DNA from: Selaginella moellendorffii
Taxonomy: Eukaryota > Plantae > Lycopodiophyta
DNA: 64,000 nucleotides
Assembly (NCBI RefSeq): GCF_000143415.4
Contig: NW_003314417.1
Span: forward strand, 185,752 to 249,751
Direction: 5' to 3'
The notes under the pieces were generated by a model. That model searched no databases. It saw only the letters and a program-made list of their open reading frames with translations, and had not been told where the DNA came from. The first letter of the stretch is position 1; each line of letters starts with the position of its first letter. Shown one piece after another: positions 1 through 11,867 of this stretch. The translations under genes were made by a program, and so were the position numbers.

Positions 1-386
1 GCGAATAATCTTGGCGCGGATCGCTGACATGGTATGGCAAAGTTCGAATCACTGACATGGCACAGCTGGATCGAGGCAAGGACATGATGTGACAAAGTTC
101 AACCTCCGACAGCAAAGTCTAGAAGCTACTCAGTTTGAAATTTGTCAAAGGAGTCATAAGATCTGGTTTGTCAGAGGATTTGATGTGACATTCAAGCGTG
201 TGTTATTTTTGAATTCTCGAACTCATTCCTAGGTCTATCATTTTTGTGCGCCGTGTTCTTGGTTCCGCTGAGCGCAGTGAGCGCTGCTTGTGTAAGCGGC
301 GTTGTGGGCTGTGGTTTATTCGTCTACGAGCGGTTGCGGCATTGCGAGCGCCATTGCGGGCGGCAGTTTATGTGAGTGGCAGTTTG

Positions 387-458
387 TGCGAGCGGCGCTA
401 CGAGCAGTTGCGGTGTTGTGAGCGGCGCTACGAGCAGTTGCGGTGTTGCGAGCGGCAC
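387..458 (+). repeat. 30-bp tandem repeat, about 2.4 copies (tgYgagcggcgctacgagcagttgcggtgt)
   Basis: Direct reading; it produces the CERRYEQLRC repeat in ORF 246..536. Confidence 0.9.
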
Positions 459-550
459 TGTCTTTGGTGTGGCTACCGCTTCCTCTTGATATTCGGCACT
501 TGTGCTTCTTGGTATGTTCACCATGGAATGGCTTAGGACCACATTTAGAA

Positions 551-946
551 ATGGCATGAGGCCACATGCCATCTTGGGCCCTTGCAATTTCATGGCTAGC
601 GTATTGTCATGTATGTTTTTACTTGCCTGCAGCTGTGTGTATATCAAGATGGCATGAGGCCTCATTGCATCTTTGGCCCCTGCTAGCCTATTGCCATATT
701 CCTTTTGCCTTGCTGCAACTGTATATATTTTTGTATGGGTGACTAGTCACACACACAAAAATATATACAGTTGCAGCAAGGCAAAAGGAATATAGCAACA
801 GGCTAGCAAGGGCCAAAGATAGCGTGAGGCCTCATGCCATTAGTGGTACCACTAATGGTATGAGGGCTCATGCCAATTTTGTGAATGCAAAATTTCACGT
901 GGGTGTCAATAGCATGTTTGAATAATGGCATGTGGCCTCATGCTAT
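551..946. repeat. Cluster of 22-bp palindromes ATGGCATG(A/T)GGCC(T/A)CATGCCAT, upstream set
   Basis: Copies at 551-572, 649-670, 819-840, 855-876 and 925-946. Confidence 0.9.
649..840. repeat. 192-bp loop-less inverted repeat (foldback) centred on gact|agtc at 744/745
   Basis: Left arm ...ccttttgccttgctgcaactgtatatatttttgt pairs with right arm acaaaaatatatacagttgcagcaaggcaaaagg...; both ends are 22-bp palindrome copies. Confidence 0.92.
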
Positions 947-1028
947 TGAGGTTGTTTGGTATGTTATGATTTAGGCCATTCTCCAATCATTTTTTGTATG
1001 GTCTTAACTTCTTTTCTGCACTTTCAGA

Positions 1029-3019
1029 ATGGCCTTCAGGGTTGGGGAAAAGGTTTACATTTTGAATGGTGGGAAGAGAGTTGCAAAAGGGACCCTTGTG
1101 TCTATGGATCGGAACTTTGTTATACACTGTCAAAGGCTTGGGGAAGGCAATGTTGCTGTATCAGTAGAGACTGTCTTCGATGGGAATGTGGTCGCTATTG
1201 AACGAGGAGAGATGGTCGTCGGGGTAAATGTTGTTGTTGCCTTGAAAAATCTTCAGAAGAAAGCAGATGTTGGGGACAGCGCAAGTGCGACGCATGTTCC
1301 CTCCGTGGATCTTAAGAACCGTGCTACATGGATTCAGGCGAAGGTGTTTCTAAACAACCCCGAGGGGGAGGTGGTAGCTGAGGGCTTAGCCACAGTTGTC
1401 GATCCAAGAGATGCGGTTGCTAATCAAGAATTGGGCTGGGATGATATTGGAGTTGCGATTTTAGAGGTTGTTGACACAGAAGAAAACAGTCTGACTATTG
1501 GAAGCATTGTGCGGTGGAAATTGAGGCACTTAGTGTTTGAGAATGTGAAGGATTCACAATCAAACACCACTACAACTGATGACAGAACATCTCTTCATGG
1601 GAAAAGAAAGTACACCTTCCTAAAGTGCAGCCAAAGGGATCTGAGCAACGAACCGAAAAGGCAAAAAATGGCGATGGAGGTTCGAATGGTCTCGACAGTT
1701 GCTTGTTGCAAGAGGAGGTGCTGTCAACATGCTGATTGGGATGCTATTGAAGAGGAGAGAGCAAGATACAAGACATTGTCCTGGAAGGCAGCTCGCAATT
1801 TTGTGTATGAGGCATTACGGTCATCTGTTGATGCTTCAGAACATCAGGTGGGGGGCATGGTCTTCCAGAGGGGTTTGGTTTGCATGAAGGCATGGAGAAT
1901 CATTTATGAAGTCCCTCGAACCACATTCTACAGAATCAAAACTGAGTTCGAGGAACAAAGGGTTCAACAGGCAGTCCAATGTCCTCACCCTCCCACAACT
2001 CTACGATGAATTCCAAAATTGCATCAAAGGCACTGTTGAAGCTGCACTTCTGACAGAGGTTCCAGACTTTAAGGGGTTTGTAAGAGGCTATATCAGGGAC
2101 GGATCCGAAACGCTGATTGGCCACTCCAAGCCTCTTCAGTTTCATTTCAGCATGCGTGACGATGCTCCAGTGATGAGGTACAAGATGAGAGAATGGGGCA
2201 CAGTGTGGCTGCCAGTGGACGGCATTGAACTCTTCAAGAGAGATCCCATAACTGGGGAACCTATGATTCCTCAGGGTTCCCCACGACTGATGCACCCGGA
2301 TGGACTCAAAGACCAGGAAACTATAGTGGCCGGGATTAGACAGCATATTGCCTTCTGGAAGAGGGGGTTGGTGTTTGGTGGAGAATCCTATTTTCAGAGG
2401 TGCAAGCCTTTGCTCGAATACTGGGAGAAGATTATATCTGCTATCCAAAATGGGCCGGTTGTATATGAAGAATTGGAAGAGTCCTTTTGGCCAGAACCCA
2501 GAGCACCAGATAGTAGTGGAACAATGTCCTCTGGAAATGCAGTGACAGATAACGATGTTGAGGATCACTATTGTGGGCCGAGGAACAAGAAGCCGGATTC
2601 AGCATTCAATCCAGTACAGGTCTGCAAAGGAATGGTCGTGCTTGTCAGACCCAGTAATAAAAAACAAATGATATGGGTGGGGCGCTGCATCATTGATGCA
2701 GAGGAGGACGCGGAAACTAACTCCTTCAATGTAACTGTGGAGTGGTTCAAGCCAAGTTCCGGATATACAAAGGATTGCCTAGAAAAGAGATGGGTGCTGA
2801 ATCCAAGGGATCCCAGCATGAGCATATCGGTGGATAATGTTGTGCATGGTTGGATGCGGAAGCAGAGTGCCACCATCACCTTGCCAGACCATGCAAGAGA
2901 TGCAGCAAGAGCATTCATAACCCGGGTTCAAGGTGAGATTCATTAATATTCCTTTACTAAGTTTCTAATGTATTTTATTTCAAGGTGAACAATCCGAATC
3001 TGAATCAGAGGAGGCGTGA
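1029..3019 (+). pseudogene. Transposon-derived gene with two Tnp1/En/Spm-like repeats, a Cys-rich region and a DUF7869/Sola-like C-terminal part; frameshift and probable internal deletion at about 1955-1968
   Basis: ORFs 1029..2009 and 1906..2946 overlap in different frames. Repeated VAxGxxxxxD...LG...VxV motif, CCKRRCC, VCMKAWRIIY..PRTTFY, then TLPQL...VPDFKGF...LIGHSKPLQFHF...MRYK. A 52-bp GT-AG intron at 2933-2984 gives an in-frame last exon (GEQSESESEEA*). Family assignment is from motif recall. Confidence 0.55.
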
Positions 3020-3602
3020 TGGCATGTGGCCTGAGATGATGTGACATATGCATTTACCAATCACACGTGCATAAATCTAATAATATGGCGTGTGGCCCAT
3101 ATTAATGGCACATAAACCCATATTGTGGGCTTATGTGCTTTATGTACCATCATTCCCTTGCAGCGTGTGTGTTGATTTCCTTTTATAACACAACGAACTC
3201 CATATTTTAGGGTGAAGAGCGTTCTCATGGCAAGCACAAAATCTGTAAGTGAGGCAGAAAAGGAGACAGAGAAGGAGATAGGTGAAGATGTAGAATATAT
3301 AAGTCTTCCAAACTCCCCGTACTATACTCCAGGTGATCATTTTTCTGAACAAACGGCAACATTAACAACTATCGAGAACGCCCCAGTAACGTCAGAGACA
3401 ACAATCCAAAGCAAAACAATTGACCCGGAGAAGGATGATAGTACCGCTGAGAGTACCAAAAAGGAGGTGTCCACTAGCGCTTAGGCTTATAATGGCGTGT
3501 GCCCTCATGCCATTTACTTGATCACCAAATACCTTTTTCCCTTTGCACTAGTATATCTTAATACCGGTCTGAGAAATAGAATGGCATGTGCCCTCAGGCC
3601 TT
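3019..3602. repeat. 22-bp palindrome family, downstream set
   Basis: Full or partial copies at about 3019, 3085, 3492-3513 and 3581-3602. Confidence 0.75.
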
Positions 3603-4189
3603 TTACTAAATCACCTTTGAAAGAAATGCAAGCCTCTATGTCGTAAAAAAAAGGTACTAGAGAAATTCCTTAATAATATGAATGTTATTTAGTTTCATGA
3701 AAATACACTAAGGGTCAAATGAGTTAAATGACTTCTCCAGACTAGCAATACCTCTTGCTACACCTTCACAATTAGATTCGTTAGAAAAAGATAACATTGA
3801 ATAATATCTAAATGTTCTCACCATTAAGTGATATGTCTGGCTAATAGGAATGACGTTCATCTTGGAAAGCTCACCACACGCTCAATGAACAAACAAATAG
3901 TGTGTGCGCGCATGCCATCGCTCTTCTTTAGCTTCAGATTCGGCTTGTTCACCTTGACAATGAGATTTATTATACAACCAGATAGACTCAGTCTGGACAT
4001 AAAGTCACCGCACTAGTCACCATGCCCCAGATATGTCTAGCCCCTGGACAAAAAACATATAATTTCACGTCATTTTCAAATACTTGAAAATTTGTACCTA
4101 GTCCCATTTTACTGAATAAATCCCACTTTAACGAAATAGAGCATCTTAAGGAACTCAAGATCAATTCATTTACAGGAATACATGCATTT

Positions 4190-5200
4190 TTACCTTTGGG
4201 TCAACTTCCGGCTGATCCCACTTGGTAGCCTGAGGTTCTTGGTGTTCAGCCACACCTTCTCCCCAGCTTGGAACTCTATTTCCCGACACTTCTGGTTTGT
4301 GTACTTGGTTTGCCTTTGTTGAGCCCGTTCCAAGGAATCCCTCACCAGATTCCAAATGTTGAGTCTTTCCACCGTGAATGCCTCCACTGCGGGTAACTCT
4401 CCATGGTACTCGGCCACGCCGAGTTCCATAGGACCTTCAATAGCTCGCCCATTGATGACTTCCCATGGACTCACACTGATGCTCGAATGTGGTGAGTTGT
4501 TATAACACATTTCCGCAAGTCCTAAATGACTTACCCAATCAGTCTGGTCTCCTGAGACATAGCATCGCAAATAATCCTCCAGCTGCCTATTCACCCTTTC
4601 CGTTTGTCTGTCTGTCAAGCAGTGTTAGTGCCATCAAACTTGACTTAATACCTATTACCTGTTTGTGGGTGGTAGGCTGTGCTGAATTTCAACTTGGTGC
4701 GATACTATTCCAGGAGTGTTCTCCAGAACCTACTGGTGAAAATCTTATCTCGATCTGAGATTATCTCTTTTGGCCTTCTCTGCACTCGAACCACTTGTTC
4801 AAAGAATAGCTTCACCACACCTTCTGCATCCACTTCCATTATGGTGGGTATGAAATGTGCCATCTTCGAAAATCGATCCACCACCACGAATATCGCATCA
4901 AATCCCTCGTTTGGGGGGAATCCCGTGATGAAGTCCATCGTAAGACATTTCTACGGACGATCTGGAATTGGGATGCTTTGTAACAAGCCCCCATTAGCCT
5001 TAGTCACAGCTTTGACCTGCTGACATGTTGGGCATGTCTTTACCTAGTCTTGGACATCCTTAGCCATATCTAGCCAGTGGTACTTCCTCTTGAGTAAGCC
5101 CATTGTCTTGGGTACTCCGCCGTGTCCCGCAAGAGGTCCATCGTGACACTCTTCTAAGGCTACCTTCCGTAGTTCCCCTTCTAGAATAGACACCCTTGTT
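4190..5200 (-). pseudogene. pol: Integrase (HHCC zinc domain and rve core), frameshifted
   Basis: HDGPLAGHGG, MDFITGFP, VVVDRFSKMAHF, IISDRDKIFTS.FW, QTERVNRQLEDYLR. Confidence 0.93.
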
Positions 5201-5389
5201 TGCTTGTAATATATGAGTCCGTTGTGTTCCACATAGCCCGTTTTCTCTTCCATTGGTAGCTCACCTCTCTGGTGAGCTTCCCGTGCCTCTAGATTCCTCA
5301 GCAACACTTCTTGTGCTAAACCATCATTCTCATATGCAGTCCACACATCGTCCCAAAAGGTTGTTGTTGTGCTGGATATCGCCAACTTC

Positions 5390-5787
5390 AAGCTCACTTT
5401 TCGACTTAGTGCATCTGCCACGATGTTGCTCTTCCCAGGCTTGTACCGAATCTCGCAATCAAACTCGGCCAAAGCATTGGCCCACTGACCTTGTTTCCCT
5501 CTTGGGTCGGGCTGTGACAAGAAGTGTTTCGTTGCCACATTGTCCATGTAAACCTTGAAGTGTCTCCCAAGGTAGTGTCGCCACTCCTTAAGCGCCCTTA
5601 CCACCGCAAACAATTCCTTCTCGTGGGCAGGCCACTTCCGTTGAGCCTTGTCCAACTTCTTCGAGAAGAACGCTACTAGATGGTTGTCTTGCTTCAAAAC
5701 TGCACCCAACGCAAAGTCTGAAGCATCCGTTTCTACCTCAAAGTCTTTACCAAAGTCTGGTAACGTCAATACGGGAGCCTTCCTCAA
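5390..5787 (-). pseudogene. pol: RNase H of Ty3/gypsy pol
   Basis: ETDASDFALGAVL, HEKELFAVV, WRHYL, YKPGKSNIVADALSR. Confidence 0.95.
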
Positions 5788-5789
5788 CT

Positions 5790-6705
5790 TCCCCTTGAGG
5801 TGGACGAATGCCGCCTCGCATTCCGCTGTCTATACCATCTTCCCTTTTCCTGTTTGGTCCGTTAAGGGCAGGGCTACTCTCGAATAGTGTCTGATAAGCT
5901 TTTGATAGTAGTTGCATAGCCCTAAGAATGCCCTTAACTTGTGTACATTCAATGGTCACTCCCAATCTTGGATCGCTTGGACCTTCTCAGGGTCCACCTT
6001 GAGCCCGTCCTTGCCCACCACATGCTCGAGAAACTTTACCTTTTGTTGAGCAAAGTCACATTTGCTCTCTTTAGCATACAGCTGGTGTTCCCTTAGTTTC
6101 TCAAACACCTTCGTCAAGTGTTTGGCATGCTCCTATAGCGTTTCGCTATAGATCAGGATGTCGTTAATATAGACGACCACGAAGTGATCCAGATAGGGTA
6201 CAAAGATATGGTTCATCAACACCGAAAACATTGCCGGCGCATTGCATAGCCCGAAGGGCATCACCAGAAACTCAAAGCTCCCATACCTCGTTCGACAGGT
6301 TCTCTTCTCAACATCTTCCTCTGCTACCCTGATCTGGTAGTATCCTGACCTTAAGTCAATCGTTGAGAAGTATTTTGCCTTTCCCAACCTATCGAACAGG
6401 TCCTCAATCCTTGGCAAAGGGTACTTGTTCTTCTTTGTATACTTGTTGAGTAACCGGTAGTTTATGCACATGCGCATAGATCCATCTTTCTTTTTCACAA
6501 GTAGCACCAGTGCCTCATATGGCGACTTGCTCAGCCTAACATACCCTTTGTCCACCAACTCCTCTAGTTGGCGCTTGAGCTCCTCGAGTTCCTTTTCATT
6601 CAAACGATAGGGGGGACGAACCACCACCTCAGCACCCTCGACTAACTCAATCTTATGTTCTATCAGTTGTGCGGGGGGCAACCCTGCCAGTAGCTCCTCT
6701 GGCAT
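5790..6705 (-). pseudogene. pol: Reverse transcriptase; catalytic YIDD mutated to YIND, with stops
   Basis: [55 protein letters not shown]. Confidence 0.95.
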
Positions 6706-6891
6706 AGTATCCTAAAATTGGTCCAACACCCGCTAGATCACCAAAGGTACTTCTTCCGTTCCTGTCTTTTTATCACTCCTCACCGAGAGTAAGCACAAAA
6801 ATGCTGCTTTGGTCCCTTTAGTGAGTTGTCCTCTCGTGCACACCAGGTTTAAGCATGAATCTTTGGCCTTGCATTGCCCCACCTTTAGATC

Positions 6892-7200
6892 CTAGGCCTC
6901 CACGAACCAATTGAACCAATCCATCCCGAAGATCACGTCAAATCCCGCCATGTCCAACACAGTGAAATCCATGTCTACTTTCCATGTCCCTACTTCGACT
7001 CTCGCTTGTCGAAATACCTCATCGGTGCTTTGGCTACCTTGAACAAACTCTATAGTCCTTGGTTCGCCCAGCCGCTGCACCGTTAGTCCGACTTGCCGGA
7101 CTATGTCTGCAGCCACAAAATTATCCGAAGCACCCGTGTCAATAAGGATCTTAACAAAGCTACCCCCGAGCTTCCCTCGGAGGGCTAGTAGATGTCGCAA
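6892..7200 (-). pseudogene. pol: Retropepsin aspartic protease
   Basis: ILIDTGASDNF ... FDVIFGMDWF. Confidence 0.92.
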
Positions 7201-7319
7201 ACAACTCTCTACCAAAGTTGCTCGTGTAATGAGTAACATTGAGCTAGGGTCTGGATCACATACTTTAGTTTGGACTTCACTCGACTTAATGGCCATATTG
7301 GCTCTAGCCTTCTTCGGGT

Positions 7320-8450
7320 AGAAACATTCCTTCGAAAAGTGTCCTGCTTCACCGCAGTTGTAGCATATGTTGTTTCCCACGCTGCTAAATAACTTGACCT
7401 TCTTATCCGTGGGTTTGTCTCTTTTTGCTTGACTCCCCCATGTACTCGCTCGCTAGCCACTGGATTTGCCTTTCCGGAACCCCGAGGACTCATTCTTAGA
7501 GAAACTCTTCTTGAATTTCCCCTTACTATACATTCCCCTTGGTTTAGCCCCTTTGCTAAATGTGGACCCCGACCCCATCGCGTTCCCCTTTCGAAGGTTA
7601 TTGTTGAAATGCACCTTGATGGCCGCATCCAACACTTCCTTGTAGTTGGTCAAGTTCCAGCGCATCATCTCACCGCGAGCCTAGGTTTGCAAACCTGATA
7701 TGAAGGCATGGAACACATCCATATCCCCCATATCCATGACAAGTATCTTCTTTGTTCACATACTCCTGAATGGTTCCGATCTGCTTCAGCTACTCAGCTC
7801 GTCTCTCAAATGCAGAGTAGCATTCGAAGGAACGTAAGTTGCACGGATCCTCACCTTCATCATGTCCCAAGTGGCCACCGGTCCTTTGTTCGCCTCCGTC
7901 ATTCTCCACCAAGACTTGACATTATCTGCCAAGTATGGTTTTGCACATGGGACCTTCTCCGAGCTCGGTAATCGCAACGCTCGGAAGTAGTCCTCCATAT
8001 CGTAAAACCAATCCTCCACTACCTTATAGTCATTCACTCCCTTGAAGATCGGTGGGGGCTTTGGTTTGTACTTGGGCACTGCTTGTGGGACTAATTCCAC
8101 TTCGGTCTGTTCGACCTTGTTTAGTTTTGCCTCAGTCCCTGCCGAAGGGTCCGCACCTTCTGGGCTGCTAGCATCCGCAGTCTTTTGCCTTTTCTTCCGC
8201 TTCTCATCACGCTTTAGCTTGCGCACGAAAGTCTCCAGAAGGGTATTGGTCTGTGCCAATTGTCCTTCTAGAACGTCCAATCAAGCCTTGATGACCGAAC
8301 CTCACCACCGGACTCCTATTTGGAAGTTTTCTCACTGGAGTCTTCCTCATGCAAGGATTCCTCATCCATAGCCTCTTGTTCGACTAAAGGCTCCAGCTCT
8401 GGAGGAGGTTCCGTCTCTGCCTTGGTTCGTTTTCGCCCTGCATTTGCCAT
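7320..8450 (-). pseudogene. gag: gag with CCHC zinc knuckle, interrupted by stops and frameshifts
   Basis: PPPIFKG..DYKVVEDWFYDMEDYF...YLADNVKSWW (7786..8280); CYNCGEAGHFSKEC at about 7325-7366. Confidence 0.9.
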
Positions 8451-8494
8451 CTCTTAGCAATCCGCCTCTATCTTTCGCTAGAATTGAGGAAAAG

Positions 8495-8506
8495 GCTCCG
8501 ATACCA
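8495..8506 (-). promoter_or_regulatory. Primer-binding site of initiator tRNA-Met type, G variant (TGGTATCGGAGC)
   Basis: Minus strand reads ...GCTTACA att TGGTATCGGAGC. Confidence 0.9.
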
Positions 8507-8691
8507 AATTGTAAGCCATAAATTTTTCCTTTCTAATTTGCCAACTTACCTTGTCTACCCGTCCAACACTACCTTGGCTTTTGCTAAGTTCCCTCGCCAA
8601 GGTTCTTGCCTATGGTACCAGCTTCTACTTGGGCCTACTTGGTTTCAGCTACTCACTGCACGAGTAACGGAGCGTTAGCCATCCATCCACG

Positions 8692-9648
8692 GATACTATT
8701 TGTCAAGCATACTTGATCTGGCTAGAGAAACTCATTTGCTGACTTGCACTTGCTAGTGTTGGGAACCCCCTCGATATTGAGTCTAGTCCCTCAATATTTT
8801 TATATGATAGCTTACCATGTCCGCCAAACACCCTTGCTATCATACCCTTTGTGTTAGTCTCATTTCGGTCCTAAATGCTATTTGTGGAAAGTGTCTAGAT
8901 TCACTCATTTGGCATATTTACGGAATGTAAAGATCGGCTTGAACACAATTGTGTTCATTCCGTGTCCAAATTTACAATCTAGGGACATTCTATATTTAGT
9001 AAATTTCGAGCTTATCACAGAGACTAACTCCTAGTACTAAGGGTGGCTTGGGGTGAAAGCCCAAAGCATGCGTTCCTCAAAGGGGGGGGGGGGGGGGGGG
9101 GGCTGTGGGGGGTTCTAAATATATAGTAGGGATAATGAATAGGTCGGGCATGGTCTAGCCTGAGGCATAGTCTAGCTCCCACTTGCATGTTTGTCCTTGT
9201 TCTACGTTTGGCTTGGGTCTAACCATGCTAGCTGGTGGAGTACCCATGTCCTCGCGTTAAGCCACCGATATGCAGAAATAGCGCCAAACTCCATTTGGCT
9301 CCATTTTGCGTGCTGGTCCTGGCGTTGGGATGCTGAATATTCTAGGATACTCTAGGACTATTCCAAGTTGCTCTATGTTCCTGTCCCTTTGCTCCTTGAA
9401 CTGTATGCTCGAGAGTCGTTCTGTGCTCTAGCACTATCGCTCCTTATCTCCATACTTGGGAGTTTGGCACCCTTCCTTCATTCTATAGCCCAAGGCCCTA
9501 AAACTCAGGTTCCATACTATTATCCTTTGGACATGTGGCATGTGACATATGGTATGTGACATGTGGCACATAGAGGGTTTAGGTTCCACTTCGTGGTTAT
9601 CCTATGGTAAATCACCATAAAATAAAGGGTAAAACCACATATGTTATA
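8692..9648 (+). mobile_element. Family B LTR, 5'-truncated
   Basis: Colinear with 55546-56446 (ccctcaatattt, ccaaacacccttgctatcat, G-tract, ggtaaatcaccata..aaagggtaaaac). Confidence 0.8.
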
Positions 9649-9759
9649 ATTATCGCATACTGTCACTATGAAAGCCATCAATGAAGTAGGATTTATTTGG
9701 ATCTGGATCCTTTGTTAGAACACAGCTAACCAAGCAAATAAGCTTCTCAATATAGTCCT

Positions 9760-10177
9760 TGAGCATCATTTTCCCTTCCTGGAAATGTCAAATTTTTGTG
9801 CAAGCATTCTTCACGTCATAGTGAGGGGCAAAACATAAATGAAAAGTAATTTAAAACTCATCTATAGTAGACACTGATGGTTTTTTATCCGCAATACAAT
9901 ACTCCTTAAGCCAATTCCACTATTGAAGACTTACATCATGCAAAATCATTACAATAACCACTAAAGCCTCTACATCTTGAGTTCCTCTAACAACCAAGAA
10001 CTTCTTCACATTGGCTAGCCAAGTTAAACACTCGTCCACACCACTATCACTGGAAAAGGTTGGAATCTTGAGTTGATCTATTAAGGAAGGTTTACTTAGA
10101 GCACCACCATGTCTAGCCGTGAGTGCCTCAACACACTTATGCATGGTATCCATCATGTCATACATCTCGTCTTGCAT
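9760..10177 (-). pseudogene. gag: gag fragment of a third LTR family (family C)
   Basis: LKIPTFSSDSGVDECLTWLANVKKFL in ORF 9920..10177, just downstream of a PBS on the minus strand. Confidence 0.7.
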
Positions 10178-10324
10178 CTTTTGCTGATTTTGATTAAGGG
10201 CTCACAACTCATGAATAAAATCTTGAATGGTCCAAATCTCTACAACTCCATTAGCACCATCATCAACACTACTATCGACAATAGGATTTTAGCATTTAGC
10301 TTGGTCTGCCATTGCAACCAACTC

Positions 10325-10335
10325 CTCTGATACCA
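10325..10335 (-). promoter_or_regulatory. PBS, tRNA-Met type (TGGTATCAGAG)
   Basis: ctctgatacca followed by a + tgttatg. Confidence 0.85.
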
Positions 10336-10336
10336 A

Positions 10337-11867
10337 TGTTATGATCCAGCGCAAAAAGAAAAAGATCTAGTCTCCCTAAAGTATACTGCATCTCTTCTTG
10401 AAGTTCTTCACCACCTAACCACCCCTAAGCTACCTCAAAAGCTCCATTATGCTGCCACTCCACTATGAGCCCTAGGGTAGGATAAGTTCCTTACCCTAAC
10501 ATGGATTAATATACCCTTGAGCTTCACTTTGACTGACATTGACCACATGGTCAAAGCTGGTGCCTAACAGTAGGGCTGATCCACTAAAGCAGTTCCAAAT
10601 TAGGATAAATGGTAAAATACATAGCTATAACAACCTCTCTATATAAGCAACAAATATCGATAAGGAGAGAGATGCTCACCTCTCTCTTCTCTTAATCATA
10701 AAAGCTGACCTCGAGAGAAGAGAGATATGCTAATCAGATCTGGATATTCTGCTTGTATGGCAGTAGTTCTCTTTGTCCTCACTCAAAAAATAAGTGAGAG
10801 AGTAGCTCAAAAAATGCTAAGTCTTGAACTGGATCCACTATAGAACTGGATCATCCTTTCCTCTCTCTCTCTCTCAATAAGCTCTTACTAAGATTGGGAT
10901 ACCAAGAATTACAAAGATCTTGTTGAGATCCAGGGTCTAGAAGCTTAGTCTGGAAGCTTGATTTCAAGGCTGAAGCTCAACAGTTTCATCCTCTGCACTC
11001 TCTCTGCTTGTCAATCAACAACACCTCCTTCCCTGATTGCAAATCTCCAAACATGTTTGGCACCCATGTATTATCTCCTGTAACAGCTACAATATGCTCT
11101 CATCTGCGACACTATAGCGAGCTTGGTTTTACAATTTCCAATGTGATTGCCACATCTCACTCCAGCTCATCATGCCATGTAAAGTGGCTATTGGCTGCTG
11201 TCGGCGATAGGCCACATGGCTACAGTTCTCCCAGAAGACCTGAGCACAAGATTGGATCATCCCATTCCTCAATGATCTGGGAAAGAGACCAGCTCATCTG
11301 AACTACTAATAAGCTCAGTCTTGGAGCTCTTGGACTGACCTGAGACCTTAATCATGAGTCTCTCCCTGGTCTTAGATATGCCCATAAGTGTTAATGACTA
11401 AAGTGACTCCATCGACTGATTGGGTGGCTCACTCACTGGGGCCGGCTCACCACCACCACCATGTCTTTCAACATGAGCTCTAAGTAGTTATGTACAACTC
11501 AACGGAACATGACATATGACTCGATGGCTCACTAAATGTCCAGCCCACTAGAGAATTTAGTTATTCTATTGTGAGATCTAGTATTTATCTCACAGCTTCT
11601 ATGGGCATTCATTTCTCTCTTTACGTTGTCCATGAGGAATTTGGAGCTTTCTTGCCCCTTCTTGGTCCACATTTTTGTAACTGAGGGATAGATTGGGTCT
11701 GGAGCTTTCCAAAGAGTCCTCTCTTGCTCAATTTCATAGCTTGGAGCTAGATTTTTGGTTTACAAAGTGGGGTAAATTCTCTGTCCTGGCTCTTGTTAAT
11801 TCAATGGCTGGATAATAAATCCTTGTTCCTCCTGACACATCTACATAGAGTTTCAGCCCTCATCACA
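10337..11867 (-). mobile_element. Probable 5' LTR of family C (about 1.5 kb)
   Basis: TG...CA termini (tgttatg ... catcaca) adjacent to the PBS. The right boundary is inferred only from the terminal inverted match. Confidence 0.55.

Larger units (their letters stand above)
4170..8690 (-). mobile_element. Decayed Ty3/gypsy LTR retrotransposon, truncated within integrase, partial 5' LTR
   Basis: Domain order gag-PR-RT-RH-INT; PBS at 8495-8506; LTR end at 8510. No 3' LTR or PPT seen. Confidence 0.95.

Noticed and set aside
551-946. CRISPR-like array of palindromic repeats
   Set aside because: Spacing is irregular (14-148 bp), the intervening DNA is itself inverted-repeat, no cas genes are present and the context is eukaryotic.
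4489-8678. Plus-strand ORFs over the gypsy element
   Set aside because: Antisense shadows of gag-pol with no recognisable motifs.
9081-9111. Long G-tract as a special G-quadruplex element
   Set aside because: It is a variable-length homopolymer present in each family B LTR, with no further support.
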